Shown: piece after piece, positions 17,963-27,692 of the stretch
Layout: the number at the start of each line of letters is the position of its first letter
Position numbering within the stretch: the first letter of the stretch is position 1
NCBI GenBank assembly: GCA_965224085.1
Contig: CBDCYI010000011.1
Span: 1,472,001-1,536,000, forward strand
Reading direction: 5' to 3'
Source: Candidatus Marinacidobacterales bacterium
GTDB lineage: Bacteria > Acidobacteriota > Vicinamibacteria > Marinacidobacterales > SMYC01
DNA: 64,000 nt
Notes under the pieces: model-generated
Seen by the model: the letters and a program-made list of their open reading frames with translations, nothing else
The model's database searches: none
What the model was told of the DNA's origin: nothing
Position numbers and translations under genes: made by a program

Positions 17963-18796
17963 GTGCGACCGAAGCCACCTTCCTCGCTCGACTATGACGA
18001 CTTTCTCCACGAGCTCGCGCTCAAGAATTGGAACCGCGCTATGGTCGAGGCGGACGGCGAGAAAGCCGAAACGAACGCCAAGAAACTCGCCGCTTCCCAC
18101 GACAAGTTCTGGCGCTTCGTGGGCCATATCCACGTCTCCACATCGCGGCTCACTCGGGGACAGGCCACGCTCGCTATCGATGCCTTGGCCGACGCTGCGC
18201 GCGTCTTCGCCGAGCCCGGTGAGATCGCAGCCATCGCCAAGAGCCTTCAAGCACACATTCACATCGAGACCCATTCTCCGAAGCGAGCTCTTTCTGCATT
18301 GGAGGGCGCCGTCGCGACTCCCGAGGTCTCTTACTGGCGCGCGCTCGCCTGCGCGCGAGAAGCTCGGCGCAAGGAGGCGCTCGCACTCGCCTGTGCACTC
18401 GAGGCCCAGGAAAAGCCCACGAGCAAAGCTTTCGCGTCGCATGTGCGCGCCGAGCTCGACCCTAAGAGCCGCCTCGCATCGCTTCAGCGCGCTGCCGGCG
18501 CCCTGGAAGAGCAAGCCGTCCTTTCTCCCGAGCCCGTTCTCCCCATCCGCTTCGCCTACGCTAGAGCACTCGAGGACGCCGGACTCCACGCAGACGCGGA
18601 GGCGCGCTTCCGCGAGATCACTAGAGCACCGGGATCCCTCGCTTATTGGCCGATTCCGTATATTCGTAGTTTGTACCGTCTAGGACGGCTCGGCTCGGAT
18701 GCAAGCACGCGGCAACGAAGCATGGAGCGCTTCGCGGCGTTCTGGAAGGGCGGGGAGCTGGACCGCGCGGAGGTCCAATTAGCGTCTCGTTCTTGA
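17963..18796 (+). CDS. Hypothetical TPR-like helical protein
   Basis: 277-aa Ala/Leu-rich ORF; ends YIRSLYRLGRL...FAAFWKGGELDR. Confidence 0.65.
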   Translation: MRPKPPSSLDYDDFLHELALKNWNRAMVEADGEKAETNAKKLAASHDKFWRFVGHIHVSTSRLTRGQATLAIDALADAARVFAEPGEIAAIAKSLQAHIHIETHSPKRALSALEGAVATPEVSYWRALACAREARRKEALALACALEAQEKPTSKAFASHVRAELDPKSRLASLQRAAGALEEQAVLSPEPVLPIRFAYARALEDAGLHADAEARFREITRAPGSLAYWPIPYIRSLYRLGRLGSDASTRQRSMERFAAFWKGGELDRAEVQLASRS

Positions 18797-18824
18797 TGTC
18801 AGTCCGTCTTGATGTCAGTCCGTC
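18791..18824. repeat. Perfect 16-bp tandem duplication at convergent stop codons
   Basis: TCTTGATGTCAGTCCG x2 (18791-18806, 18807-18822). Confidence 0.85.
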
Positions 18825-19507
18825 AACAGGTAGGCGAACCGGAGCACTTGGCCGCGACGCTCCACGACAACGCGCAGTTCGTGCGCGTCCTGGAGCCGAG
18901 CGAGCAAATCCCAGAGCGAGTCAAGCCCACGTAGAGGCTCTCCGTTGATGCTTCGGACGAGGTCACCCGGCAGTAGCCCTGTTTCCGACAACAACGTGCC
19001 ATCTGGCAGGCGACGCAGCTCGAGGCCTAGGATCTCGCCCTGCTCGACCCGCGGGCTGAGCTCGGTCTCGCTCAGAATGACAGGGATCTCCTTTTCGAAA
19101 CGAGCGCTGGCTTCAGCGCGCGAAACGTCGCGAAAGACCCAGCCATCATCTTCCGCGGCGGGCGCCACTGTCGCCGGCCCGGTCGTCCGAGCCGCTGCAC
19201 TTGCGTCCACGTAAAGCCGAAGCGCACCGCGGATGCTGTCCAGAAGCACCGAGCCCTCCTCTACGGCAACGAGGGCGTAGCCATAATATTCCTGCCCCAT
19301 CCGCAGCGGCTGGGCTCGGGCCGCCCCGCTCCGACGGACGAGGGCTATCGAGTGCGCTGGATTTTCAGCGACGATCACGCCATCGAGAACGAAGCGATCC
19401 TCCTGGGCCCGCGCGAGCTCGCCAAAGGCAAGCACCAGGTAAATCACAACGCCGGCAAACCTAAGTAACGCCCCCATAAACAGATACCAGGAATGTAGGA
19501 TAGCCAC
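18815..19507 (-). CDS. GspC-like protein with PDZ domain
   Basis: TM helix, LDGVIVA...ALV, GLLPGDLVRSING, VVVERRGQ. Confidence 0.75.
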   Translation of the reverse strand: MAILHSWYLFMGALLRFAGVVIYLVLAFGELARAQEDRFVLDGVIVAENPAHSIALVRRSGAARAQPLRMGQEYYGYALVAVEEGSVLLDSIRGALRLYVDASAAARTTGPATVAPAAEDDGWVFRDVSRAEASARFEKEIPVILSETELSPRVEQGEILGLELRRLPDGTLLSETGLLPGDLVRSINGEPLRGLDSLWDLLARLQDAHELRVVVERRGQVLRFAYLLTD

Positions 19508-19594
19508 GAGTGGAAGCTCGGGTCAAGCGCGAGCCGAACACCTTGTGCTATATTGTCATCGTCGCTCCTTTTTGACGTATTCCCCACAGAGTTG

Positions 19595-21673
19595 ATGGCT
19601 TCCGACCAGTTGGTGCCCACGGCAAAAGGTGCGACACGCGGGCGCGGGCTGAAACGTTTCCTCTTTCACACGCGGCGCGGACAGCTTCTCCTCGCACTCT
19701 GCACGTTCCGTTTACTCGGCGCGCTCGAGCTCATCCCAGGTTTTCTCTCCACCCTGTCGACGGTAGGCCTCTGGGCCTATGCGCTCGGCTTCGTCATTTG
19801 GGGCCTTTCCGGCTTACGACGTAGTCTTCTGTGGCGCATCCGACGAAAGCTCATCATTTCGTATCTGCTGATCGGACTCGTCCCAACGATCTTGATCCTC
19901 TCGTTCTTTGCGCTCAGTGGCTATTTCACGCTCGGACAGGTCAGCTCTTTCATGCTCATGAGTTCCGTCCGCGACGCGGAGATGCGCGCCGCCAATACCG
20001 CAAATTTGATGGTCTTCGCGCTTCGCGGAGGTGGAACGGCGAGCTCCCGTCTGTCCGATGAACGTATTCGCAAAGTGCTCACGGAACGCGTCCAAGGAAT
20101 AGGAAAAAACGAGCCCCGTTGGAGCGCAGTCTACCTCGAGCATCGCCGCGGACGCATTCAACGTGTGGTGACGACGGATGATATCGGATTTTCAACGAGT
20201 GTAGGGACAACCCTTCCCCAGTGGCTTGCAGATGGGTATCGCGGTGCCATCGAGTATGGCGGCGTCGGCTACACAGCAGGCGTTTCGACACCTCACGAGT
20301 CGGCCAAGAACGCAACCATCATCGTGCTCACCACGTTGTCCGACGTCCTCAAGAAATCCGCGGAAGAGCTGGGCTTTCACATCGATCAAGTGCTCGCGAG
20401 CGACACCGATGACGCCACGGCTGAAAATGTGTTCATCCGCCAACCCGCTTCGTCGGAGGGAGAGAGCGAGAACGCGACTTCGGCCAGTTCTGCGCCGTTA
20501 ACGTTCCCATGGTGGACGCTCCTGCCAACGAGAAGCCTCGATGATCCCCATGCGGAGGAGTCCGAGCTCGCATTTGTGCAGTTCGGTTTCCCGCTCAGTA
20601 GCTTCTACTCCAGCATCGCCTCGGGGGCGCTTCAACTCGGCCCGAATGGCTCCGATCTCGGCGCGGTCCTTCTCACGGCGATGGCGCTTCTCGCGGGCCT
20701 TTTTCTTGTGATCGAGGTTTCCGCAATCTTCGTGGGCCTCGTACTCGCCCGATCGATCACGGGCTCGGTGCACGCGCTCAGTCAGGGCACCGAGCACGTG
20801 CGCCAGGGAGACTTTAGCTACAGGGTGCAAGTTCGATCGCGGGATCAGCTGGGTGAGCTCGCGGAGTCGTTCAACTTGATGACGACGAGCATCCAAGATC
20901 TACTGAGGCAATCGTCGGAAAAAGAGCGCATGGAGGAAGAGCTCCGCGTCGCGCGAACCATCCAGATGAGTCTACTGCCGAAAGACCGCGTCGACGTCCC
21001 CGGTCTTTCCATCGCACCGTTCTGTCTTCCCGCCAATGAAGTTGGCGGTGACTACTACGACTTCATTCCGCTCAATGACGGACGGTTCGCCCTCCTCATC
21101 GCGGACGTTTCGGGAAAAGGTACGTCGGCGGCGCTTTACATGGCAGAGCTCAAGGGGCTCGTTCTGTCCTTGAGCCAGATTTACCATTCGCCCCGCAAAC
21201 TTCTCGTCGAAGCCAACAAGATCCTCGCGGCGACTCTCGATAGACGGAGCTTCATCACGATGGCCTATGCCGTCATCGACATGAACGAACGCCATATGAC
21301 CTATGCGCGCGCGGGACACAACCCCATCTTTCATGTCTCCGCAAATGGCGCCGAACCCAAGACGAACGCCCTGGCCCCAGATGGGCTCGGGCTCGCCTTG
21401 GATCGGGGCACGCAGTTCGAGCGCATTTTACGGGAAGATCTTGTGAGCTTGCGCGCGGGAGACGTCTTCCTGTTCTTCACGGACGGCGTCTCGGAGGCCA
21501 TGAACACGAGCTCCGAGCTCTTCGGAGAGGAGCGGATTCGCCTCATCCTCGAGGAGAATGCCGACCTCCAGATGGAAGAGCTGCGCGAAAAGCTGGTCGA
21601 CGAGGTGTTCGACTTTGCGGGCGGAGCCGTGCAGCACGACGATATGACGATGGTCCTCCTCAAAGTATTGTAG
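19595..21673 (+). CDS. Membrane HAMP + SpoIIE/PP2C Ser phosphatase (RsbU-like)
   Basis: HAMP (RDQLGELAESFN), VGGDYYDF, IADVSGKG, FTDGVSEA, DDMT. Confidence 0.92.
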   Translation: MASDQLVPTAKGATRGRGLKRFLFHTRRGQLLLALCTFRLLGALELIPGFLSTLSTVGLWAYALGFVIWGLSGLRRSLLWRIRRKLIISYLLIGLVPTILILSFFALSGYFTLGQVSSFMLMSSVRDAEMRAANTANLMVFALRGGGTASSRLSDERIRKVLTERVQGIGKNEPRWSAVYLEHRRGRIQRVVTTDDIGFSTSVGTTLPQWLADGYRGAIEYGGVGYTAGVSTPHESAKNATIIVLTTLSDVLKKSAEELGFHIDQVLASDTDDATAENVFIRQPASSEGESENATSASSAPLTFPWWTLLPTRSLDDPHAEESELAFVQFGFPLSSFYSSIASGALQLGPNGSDLGAVLLTAMALLAGLFLVIEVSAIFVGLVLARSITGSVHALSQGTEHVRQGDFSYRVQVRSRDQLGELAESFNLMTTSIQDLLRQSSEKERMEEELRVARTIQMSLLPKDRVDVPGLSIAPFCLPANEVGGDYYDFIPLNDGRFALLIADVSGKGTSAALYMAELKGLVLSLSQIYHSPRKLLVEANKILAATLDRRSFITMAYAVIDMNERHMTYARAGHNPIFHVSANGAEPKTNALAPDGLGLALDRGTQFERILREDLVSLRAGDVFLFFTDGVSEAMNTSSELFGEERIRLILEENADLQMEELREKLVDEVFDFAGGAVQHDDMTMVLLKVL

Positions 21674-21727
21674 TAATATCGTTGACAGCGCTCCTGACGT
21701 CGGCCCGACCCGATATTCGTCGAGGCA

Positions 21728-22474
21728 TTGCTTGTGTCCACAACCGTAGAACGTGAACCCCTTCCGACTAGCCTTTCCACAGCCGATCTCAAAAAGCTGT
21801 ACAGGCGACTCGGACATGAATTTCGTCGCGCCCAGCTCTTACAGCAGGCGCTGACGCACAAGTCTTTCGCCCACGAATCCGAAAGCAGCGGGCACAACGA
21901 GTCGATGGAGTTTCTCGGAGACGCCGTGCTCGGATTTCTCGTAACCGATTTCATCTATCGTGACTTTCCGGCTTTTTCGGAAGGACGAAAATCGAAGATA
22001 AAGGCCTATCTCGTGAGTGCGTCCACGCTCTCACTATTGGCGCTCAAGCTTCAGATCCCGCAGTTCCTACTTCTCGGCAAGGGCGAGGAGAAAACCGGCG
22101 GCCGCAAGAAAAAAGCACTCTCCGCCAACGCGCTCGAGGCCGTCGTCGCCGCGATCTATCTCGACTCCGATGTCGACGGAGCACGCCGTTTTCTCAAGCC
22201 CTTATATGCGCCACTCATCGACGAAGTCCGCGAGGGCCGGGCCGCCGTCGAAGACCCCAAGACCGCTCTTCAAGAATTCTTGCAAGCTCGTAGTCTACAG
22301 CCCGCCCAATATCTCGTCACCGCGGAATCAGGACCCGAGCACCGCAAGACCTTCCAGGTCGAGCTCAAGATCGGCCCGCGCAAACTCGGCGAAGCCACCG
22401 GCACAACGAAGAAAAAGGCCGAGCTAGACGCCGCCCAGGCCGCTCTCGCACAATTGTTAGAAGAAGAAGACTGA
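21728..22474 (+). CDS. rnc: Ribonuclease III
   Basis: ALTHKS, NESMEFLGDAVLG, dsRBD DPKTALQE...KKKAE. Confidence 0.96.
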   Translation: MLVSTTVEREPLPTSLSTADLKKLYRRLGHEFRRAQLLQQALTHKSFAHESESSGHNESMEFLGDAVLGFLVTDFIYRDFPAFSEGRKSKIKAYLVSASTLSLLALKLQIPQFLLLGKGEEKTGGRKKKALSANALEAVVAAIYLDSDVDGARRFLKPLYAPLIDEVREGRAAVEDPKTALQEFLQARSLQPAQYLVTAESGPEHRKTFQVELKIGPRKLGEATGTTKKKAELDAAQAALAQLLEEED

Positions 22475-22537
22475 TCCGGATTCAGCATTCAGGTCCGCGC
22501 CGGACCTAGACGTTTGCGTCTCATTCTGAATCCAGAT
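22474..22537. terminator. Three-stem inverted-repeat element between convergent rnc and the FHA gene
   Basis: Outer ATCCGGATTCAGCAT/ATTCTGAATCCAGAT (13/15); inner AGGTCCG/CGGACCT and AGACG/CGTCT. Confidence 0.55.
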
Positions 22538-23121
22538 TATTCTCGGTCCGTCACGATCAACATCAGCACGTGCTCACCGATGCGGAACTCGCTGTGGTTT
22601 TGGAGCTCGGCGCTGTCGATTTGTTCGCCGTTGACGAATGTGCCGTTCGTGCTTTTCAAATCGGAGACGACGACGCGCGAGCCTAGGACCTCGAGCGAGG
22701 CGTGTTCGCGGGACGATTCCGGGTCGTCGAGGATCACATCGCAGTCAGCGCGGCCGATGACGGTGCGCACTTTGGTGATCGCGAAAATCTGACCGCTCGC
22801 CTTTCCCTGCAGCACCGCTAGCGAATACTTCTTGTCGTGCGGAAGATCCATTTTCTCGGCTACTGCAGGCCCGGACATCGTCTGCTCGCCGACCGGCTCG
22901 TCCGAGCGGAGTTTTTTGACCCGCGCGGTCGTGTTCTCGGTGACCGGACCGGATGGCGGGGCCTCCAAAGGGGGGCCGCTCGGAGCCGTCGCGTCAGAGC
23001 TAGTGATGTCGATCGTGCCGCCACACTTCTTGCATTTCGCCTGCGCACGCGACTTTCCGCCGAGCTGACTCTCGTCGAATCGGTATTTGGTTTGGCAGTG
23101 TGGGCAGGCTACTCGGATCAT
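22537..23121 (-). CDS. MJ0042-type zinc ribbon + FHA domain protein
   Basis: CPHC...CKKC; FHA motifs IGR, SSREHA, STNGTFVNG. Confidence 0.9.
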   Translation of the reverse strand: MIRVACPHCQTKYRFDESQLGGKSRAQAKCKKCGGTIDITSSDATAPSGPPLEAPPSGPVTENTTARVKKLRSDEPVGEQTMSGPAVAEKMDLPHDKKYSLAVLQGKASGQIFAITKVRTVIGRADCDVILDDPESSREHASLEVLGSRVVVSDLKSTNGTFVNGEQIDSAELQNHSEFRIGEHVLMLIVTDRE

Positions 23122-23198
23122 GTTTCTTGCGGATTCGGTTGGTGACGGTTCCTTGCTAACTCATTTAACACTATTTGTACGATGCCGTTCAAGTCGGA

Positions 23199-24759
23199 TC
23201 AACTGTAGCGGCGCTTGATGAAGTGCTCCCAATCGCGGATGAGCCCGCGGACATCGTGGCCGACAATCCGACGCAACGTGGAATCCACGTCCTCGCCCTC
23301 ACCGAGCGCGGTCAGGATGTCGCGGATGCCTCCCATACCGCGTTTTTGAATCACGTAGTCAACCATCGATGACGCGGCCGGGTAGAACATACGTGGATCG
23401 CATCGCGCGGTGGGCAGGCAACTCTCGAAGCTCTGACCTTCCTGCAACACGCGGCCCAACAGTTCCCCATTATCCTCTGTGCGGACACCTTCCACGTACT
23501 CCGCAATACCTTCGTGAATCCACCGTGGAGCATTTTTGCCCGCCCGAGCGTGAATGAACGCGTGGGCGAGCTCGTGGTGAAGCGTGGTCTTGATCCTTTC
23601 ATCGAGCCGTTGAAGTCCGCGAACGGGCACGCGTATTTTTCCATCGAACAGGCCTGCGGACCAATCAGGGCCGCCCATCTCGTTGTAGTCGCGCCGCGTA
23701 TAGAGAATCACAACCACGCGCTCGGACGGCTCGAAGCCGAGCTGGGTTTTCAAGCTCGCGTAGCTGCGGTCCATCGTATCGATGACCATCCGGCCCGTGC
23801 TTTCCATCGCACCGCCGTCATAGCTTACGATGAAATGCGCGAGCCGCTGCGTCTTATTGCCTCCACCAGCGCGCGCTTCAGAGAGCGCTTTGTTGAGTGA
23901 GGCCCGGATCGTCGGATTCTCGCCGAGGTCGAGCGCTTTCTCAAAAAAACTCGACGGCTTTGCTGATTTCCTGATGGTAGTAATGAGTCTTACCGACGAT
24001 GTGGTACATCTCGGCGGATTGGGACGTCTGGCCGTAGGCGATCGCGGTCTCCGCCCAGCTCTTGGCGACCTCCCACTCTTCTTGCTCGCTATAGATGACC
24101 GCTTTCAGAGTCGCGATATCCCCGGCTTCCGCACCCCAGTCCTCCGAGCCGTTCACATAAGTCAAGGCTTCGTGGAATCGGCGGGCGCGAATCTTCTGCC
24201 CGGCCATAAGAAAGTGCGCGGCCAAGACATATTCCCGCAGCCACTCCACACCGGGATATTCGCGCGCCAGAGACTCGGCCCGCTCGACAACCGCAGGCGT
24301 CACGCTCTCGTGCGTGAGATCGGGAAGCCGCGGGATCGGTGAGCTCGGCTCGGGCTCGGGCGCAGGGATGACATCGGGCTCGGAGCTCTCAGAAGGCAGC
24401 CCACTCAAGACCAAAGCCTGAGCGCCGCGCGCGACAGGCGCTTCGACGCCTTCGAGAACGGTCGGTTCCGCGGGGGATCGAGGCTCACTCGAGGGGCCCG
24501 GCGAACCTGCCGAAGGTTTGTATTGCTCGTAAAGCTGCAGGCCGTAATACGCCCCCCCCGACAGCAGTGCCGACATGGCAACGACATTGAACAGGACCGA
24601 CCACCGCGATGGCTCCGGCGTCACAAAAGGCTGTGGCTGTGGCCGGGGACGGGGGCGCGGCACTCGGTCGCGCCCGAGCTTGCCGAATACGACACCGCAT
24701 TTTGGACACGAAGGGTCGCTCGAAGGTACACTCTGAAATCCGCACTTGGGACAGTTCAC
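23199..24759 (-). pseudogene. Zinc ribbon/TPR/peptidase MA-like protein, frameshifted at an A7 tract (23943-49)
   Basis: Removing one A joins VEFF to EKALDLGEN...MESTG; HELAH, PRWIHEGIAEY. Confidence 0.75.
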
Positions 24760-24813
24760 CGTTGCCTCACTCTTGATTGGATTCTCGTTTTGATGGCGGC
24801 GGCGTTCCCACTG

Positions 24814-26002
24814 CTATGACGAGCCGTTCACGCGCGCTACGAATTTTCCTTCGCGCAAAGCCGTCACGGCGTCTCGAAGAACTTGCGCAAAGACTTCGAG
24901 ATCCTCCTCCCTAGTGTAGCGCCCCAAGCTAACGCGGATCGAGCCTCGGATCTGTTCCGTCGAAAGCCCCAGTCCTAGCAGCACATGTGACGGCTTGACG
25001 GCGCCTTCATTGCAGGCCGCACCCGCGGAAACGGCGTATCCTGCTTCGTCGAGGGCGAGAACGAGAGCCTCACCATCCAAACCGTCGAAACGAAAATTCA
25101 CCGTGTTCGGCGTCCTCCGCGCCGCCCCCTCACCGTTCACGTGGCTGTCGATGACGGACGAAAGCACGCTTCGCTCGAGCGCGTCCCGGTAGGTTGCGAG
25201 GCGCTTCGACTCGGTCGGCAGAAGCTTGTCGACTTGCCTCGCCGCCTCCGCGAGCCCTACGATGCCCGCGACGTTCTCCGTGCCAGGCCTCTGCGGCAGC
25301 GTTCCTGCCCCCCCCGCGAAATACGGGCTCGAACGGCGTGCCGCCGCGAACGTAAAGGGCACCGACGCCCCTTGGACCATAGAATTTGTGGCCCGATATC
25401 GCGAGCATATCGATGCTGAGCTCCCGGACGTCGAGCGGAATCTTGCCGCATGCCTGTACGGCGTCCGTATGGAAAAGCGCCCCAGCGTCGTGGGCCACCC
25501 TCGCGAGCTCACGCACGGGTTGCACAACCCCGGTTTCGTTATTCGCTACCATGACGGACACGAGAAGAGTGTCCGAGCGGAGTGCGCCTCTAAGTCTATC
25601 GGGCGTCAGCTCGCCTCTTTCGTCGACCTCTACGATGGTCACAGGCCAATCCCGGCGCTCGAGCTCCTCTATGACTTGGAGCACCGCATGATGCTCCACA
25701 TTCGACGTCACGATGTGACGTCGCCCGTCGTCTCGGCGCGCGGCCACAGCACCGAGAAGCGCGAGATTGTCGGCCTCGGTTCCCCCGCTGGTGAACACCA
25801 ACTCTTCGGGCCTCGCCCCCAAGAAAGAGGCAAAGGAGTCGGTCGATTCGACGAGGGCCTCTTTTGCTGGACGCCCGAACCCGTGAATGCTCGACGGGTT
25901 GCCGAAGTGTTCGTCGAGAAATGGCAACATCGCCTCGAGCGCTTCGGGCGCGAGAGGTGTTGTCGCGTTGTAATCTAAGTAGACTCGATCAGCATTCAGC
26001 AT
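24814..26002 (-). pseudogene. iscS: Cysteine desulfurase (IscS/NifS), frameshifted near the C8 tract (about 25290-25315)
   Basis: YLDYNATTP, FTSGGTEADN, HTDAVQ, SGHKFYGP in one frame; RPGTENV, SAGAAC, IRVSLGR in another. Confidence 0.85.
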
Positions 26003-26016
26003 TCAGGATCCAGAAT
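25994..26016. repeat. Heptamer repeat (ATTCAGC-type) overlapping the iscS start
   Basis: ATTCAGC ATTCAGG ATCCAGA; 14-mer ATTCAGCATTCAGG is also at 22480-22493. Confidence 0.6.
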
Positions 26017-26127
26017 CAAGGCGTTTCGTGAATCGTCGGTGGTCTTAATTAAGTCTCTGTCTTTTCTAGCATAAATTTTGCGCGGGGACCAGAGACACCG
26101 GCATTTCCATGTGCTAGCATATTTCTA

Positions 26128-26940
26128 ATGGACGAATCCCTCGACGCTCTGGGAGCACCGGACAGCCCCAAAACGCTGAAAAATATTCGTTTTCAGGTGG
26201 ATAGCGGTATTGCGAAGATCGCACTGGCTCGTCCGGAGGCGGCGAACGCACTGAGCTTGGCGGCACTCGAAGAGATCGCTCGTACGCTCGGAGAGCTCGA
26301 TCTGGACGAGGCTGTCAAAGTCGTCGTCTTCACCGGCAGCGACCAAGCTTTCTCGAGCGGACTCGACATCGCCGAGCATACGGAGGACAACGTTTATCAA
26401 TTGCTCGAGATGTTTCACGAGGTCATTCGCCGTTTGATGGAGCTCGAATTGGTGAGCATTTCGGTCGTTAAAGGGATGGCGCTCGGAGCGGGATGCGAGC
26501 TCGCGGCCGTCTGCGATTTTTGTTTCGCCGCGGAGGGCGCGAAGCTCGGCCAGCCGGAGCTCAAGGCGGGTCTCTTCCCTTCCGTCGCGCCCGTGATCTA
26601 CCCGCGGCTCGTCGGATTGCACCGCACCTACGAGATGATTCTCACGGGACGGATCTACGACGCCAAAGAAGCGGAAGGCATAGGCCTGATCACGCGGGCG
26701 ATGGCTCCTGGCCAGCTGGATGCGGAAGTCGAAAAGTGGACTCAGTTCTTGAAGAATTTTTCGACGCCGGTGCTTCGCCTCGCTCGACGCGCCATCTCGG
26801 ACGCGGTCAATCTTCCCTTCGACGAGGGGCTCCGGCACGTGGAAAGCGTGTACCTCAATCAGCTCATGTCCACCGAGGACGCGAAGGAAGGCGTTCGCGC
26901 TCTTCGCGAGCGGCGCCAACCCGTCTGGAAGCACAAATAA
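26128..26940 (+). CDS. Enoyl-CoA hydratase/isomerase family protein
   Basis: FSSGLDI, ALGAGCELA, LGQPELKAG, EDAKEGVRA. Confidence 0.92.
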   Translation: MDESLDALGAPDSPKTLKNIRFQVDSGIAKIALARPEAANALSLAALEEIARTLGELDLDEAVKVVVFTGSDQAFSSGLDIAEHTEDNVYQLLEMFHEVIRRLMELELVSISVVKGMALGAGCELAAVCDFCFAAEGAKLGQPELKAGLFPSVAPVIYPRLVGLHRTYEMILTGRIYDAKEAEGIGLITRAMAPGQLDAEVEKWTQFLKNFSTPVLRLARRAISDAVNLPFDEGLRHVESVYLNQLMSTEDAKEGVRALRERRQPVWKHK

Positions 26941-27275
26941 AGTCAGTTTCAAATCACGCTCGAGCTTTTCTGTTCTTCCCGATGACTCGTCACCGACGCG
27001 GCGACCGCCCCACACACAATGCATCACTCAGCAACGAAGAAGGATGCCAACTGGCAGCTGATATACTTGCTTTCTTGGTCCGAGCGAGACGCCCAAATGC
27101 AGAGAAGTCGCGCTTGCCGCAAAGAAACGAACTCAGCTAGAATCACAACCGTCTCACCAACCACGAACTCTTGACGACACTCCGAAACGCCGACCGCCAC
27201 TAACACGCACGTTCACACGATGTCGCATCCAAACCAGGCGAAGGACGCCGAAACGCACAGGTGGGATAAAAAGCC

Positions 27276-27692
27276 GTGAAGGTCGATCTGGAAGCGGTAC
27301 TCGTTGCTTTCAGCGATGACTCCGTCGAACGAACTTACTATCTTGATGGGGACTCGGGTCGCGTGTTCAACGTCCTCGAAGACCACGACGACCCCGAGAC
27401 CCGGGAGCTCGTGTGGGCGCTCGAATCGGATACCCGCGGGCGTTATATTCAAGTTCCCAAACCCAGCATGGAGGAAACGCTAAAGGAACAGGACGCCTTC
27501 GTAGAGTCCCTCGATGGAGAACTCAAGGAAAAGCTCGACAAAATCATCCATGATGATCACGACGGATCCAAGTTCGCTGATTTCGTCGAGCGTAACCGCG
27601 AAGCGCGGGAGGCTTGGCGCGATTACCGCACATTGCGTTCGCGTGACCAAGCCAACGAGTGGATTCAGACGCTCAATCTTCCCGCGAGCTGA
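27276..27692 (+). CDS. UPF0158 family protein
   Basis: YYLDGDSGRV, RYIQVP, W..YR...ANEW. Confidence 0.75.
   Translation: MKVDLEAVLVAFSDDSVERTYYLDGDSGRVFNVLEDHDDPETRELVWALESDTRGRYIQVPKPSMEETLKEQDAFVESLDGELKEKLDKIIHDDHDGSKFADFVERNREAREAWRDYRTLRSRDQANEWIQTLNLPAS

Noticed and set aside
22489-22510. SRP RNA-like TCAGGTCCG
   Set aside because: Lacks the GGAA loop and GGAAGCAGC half; too short
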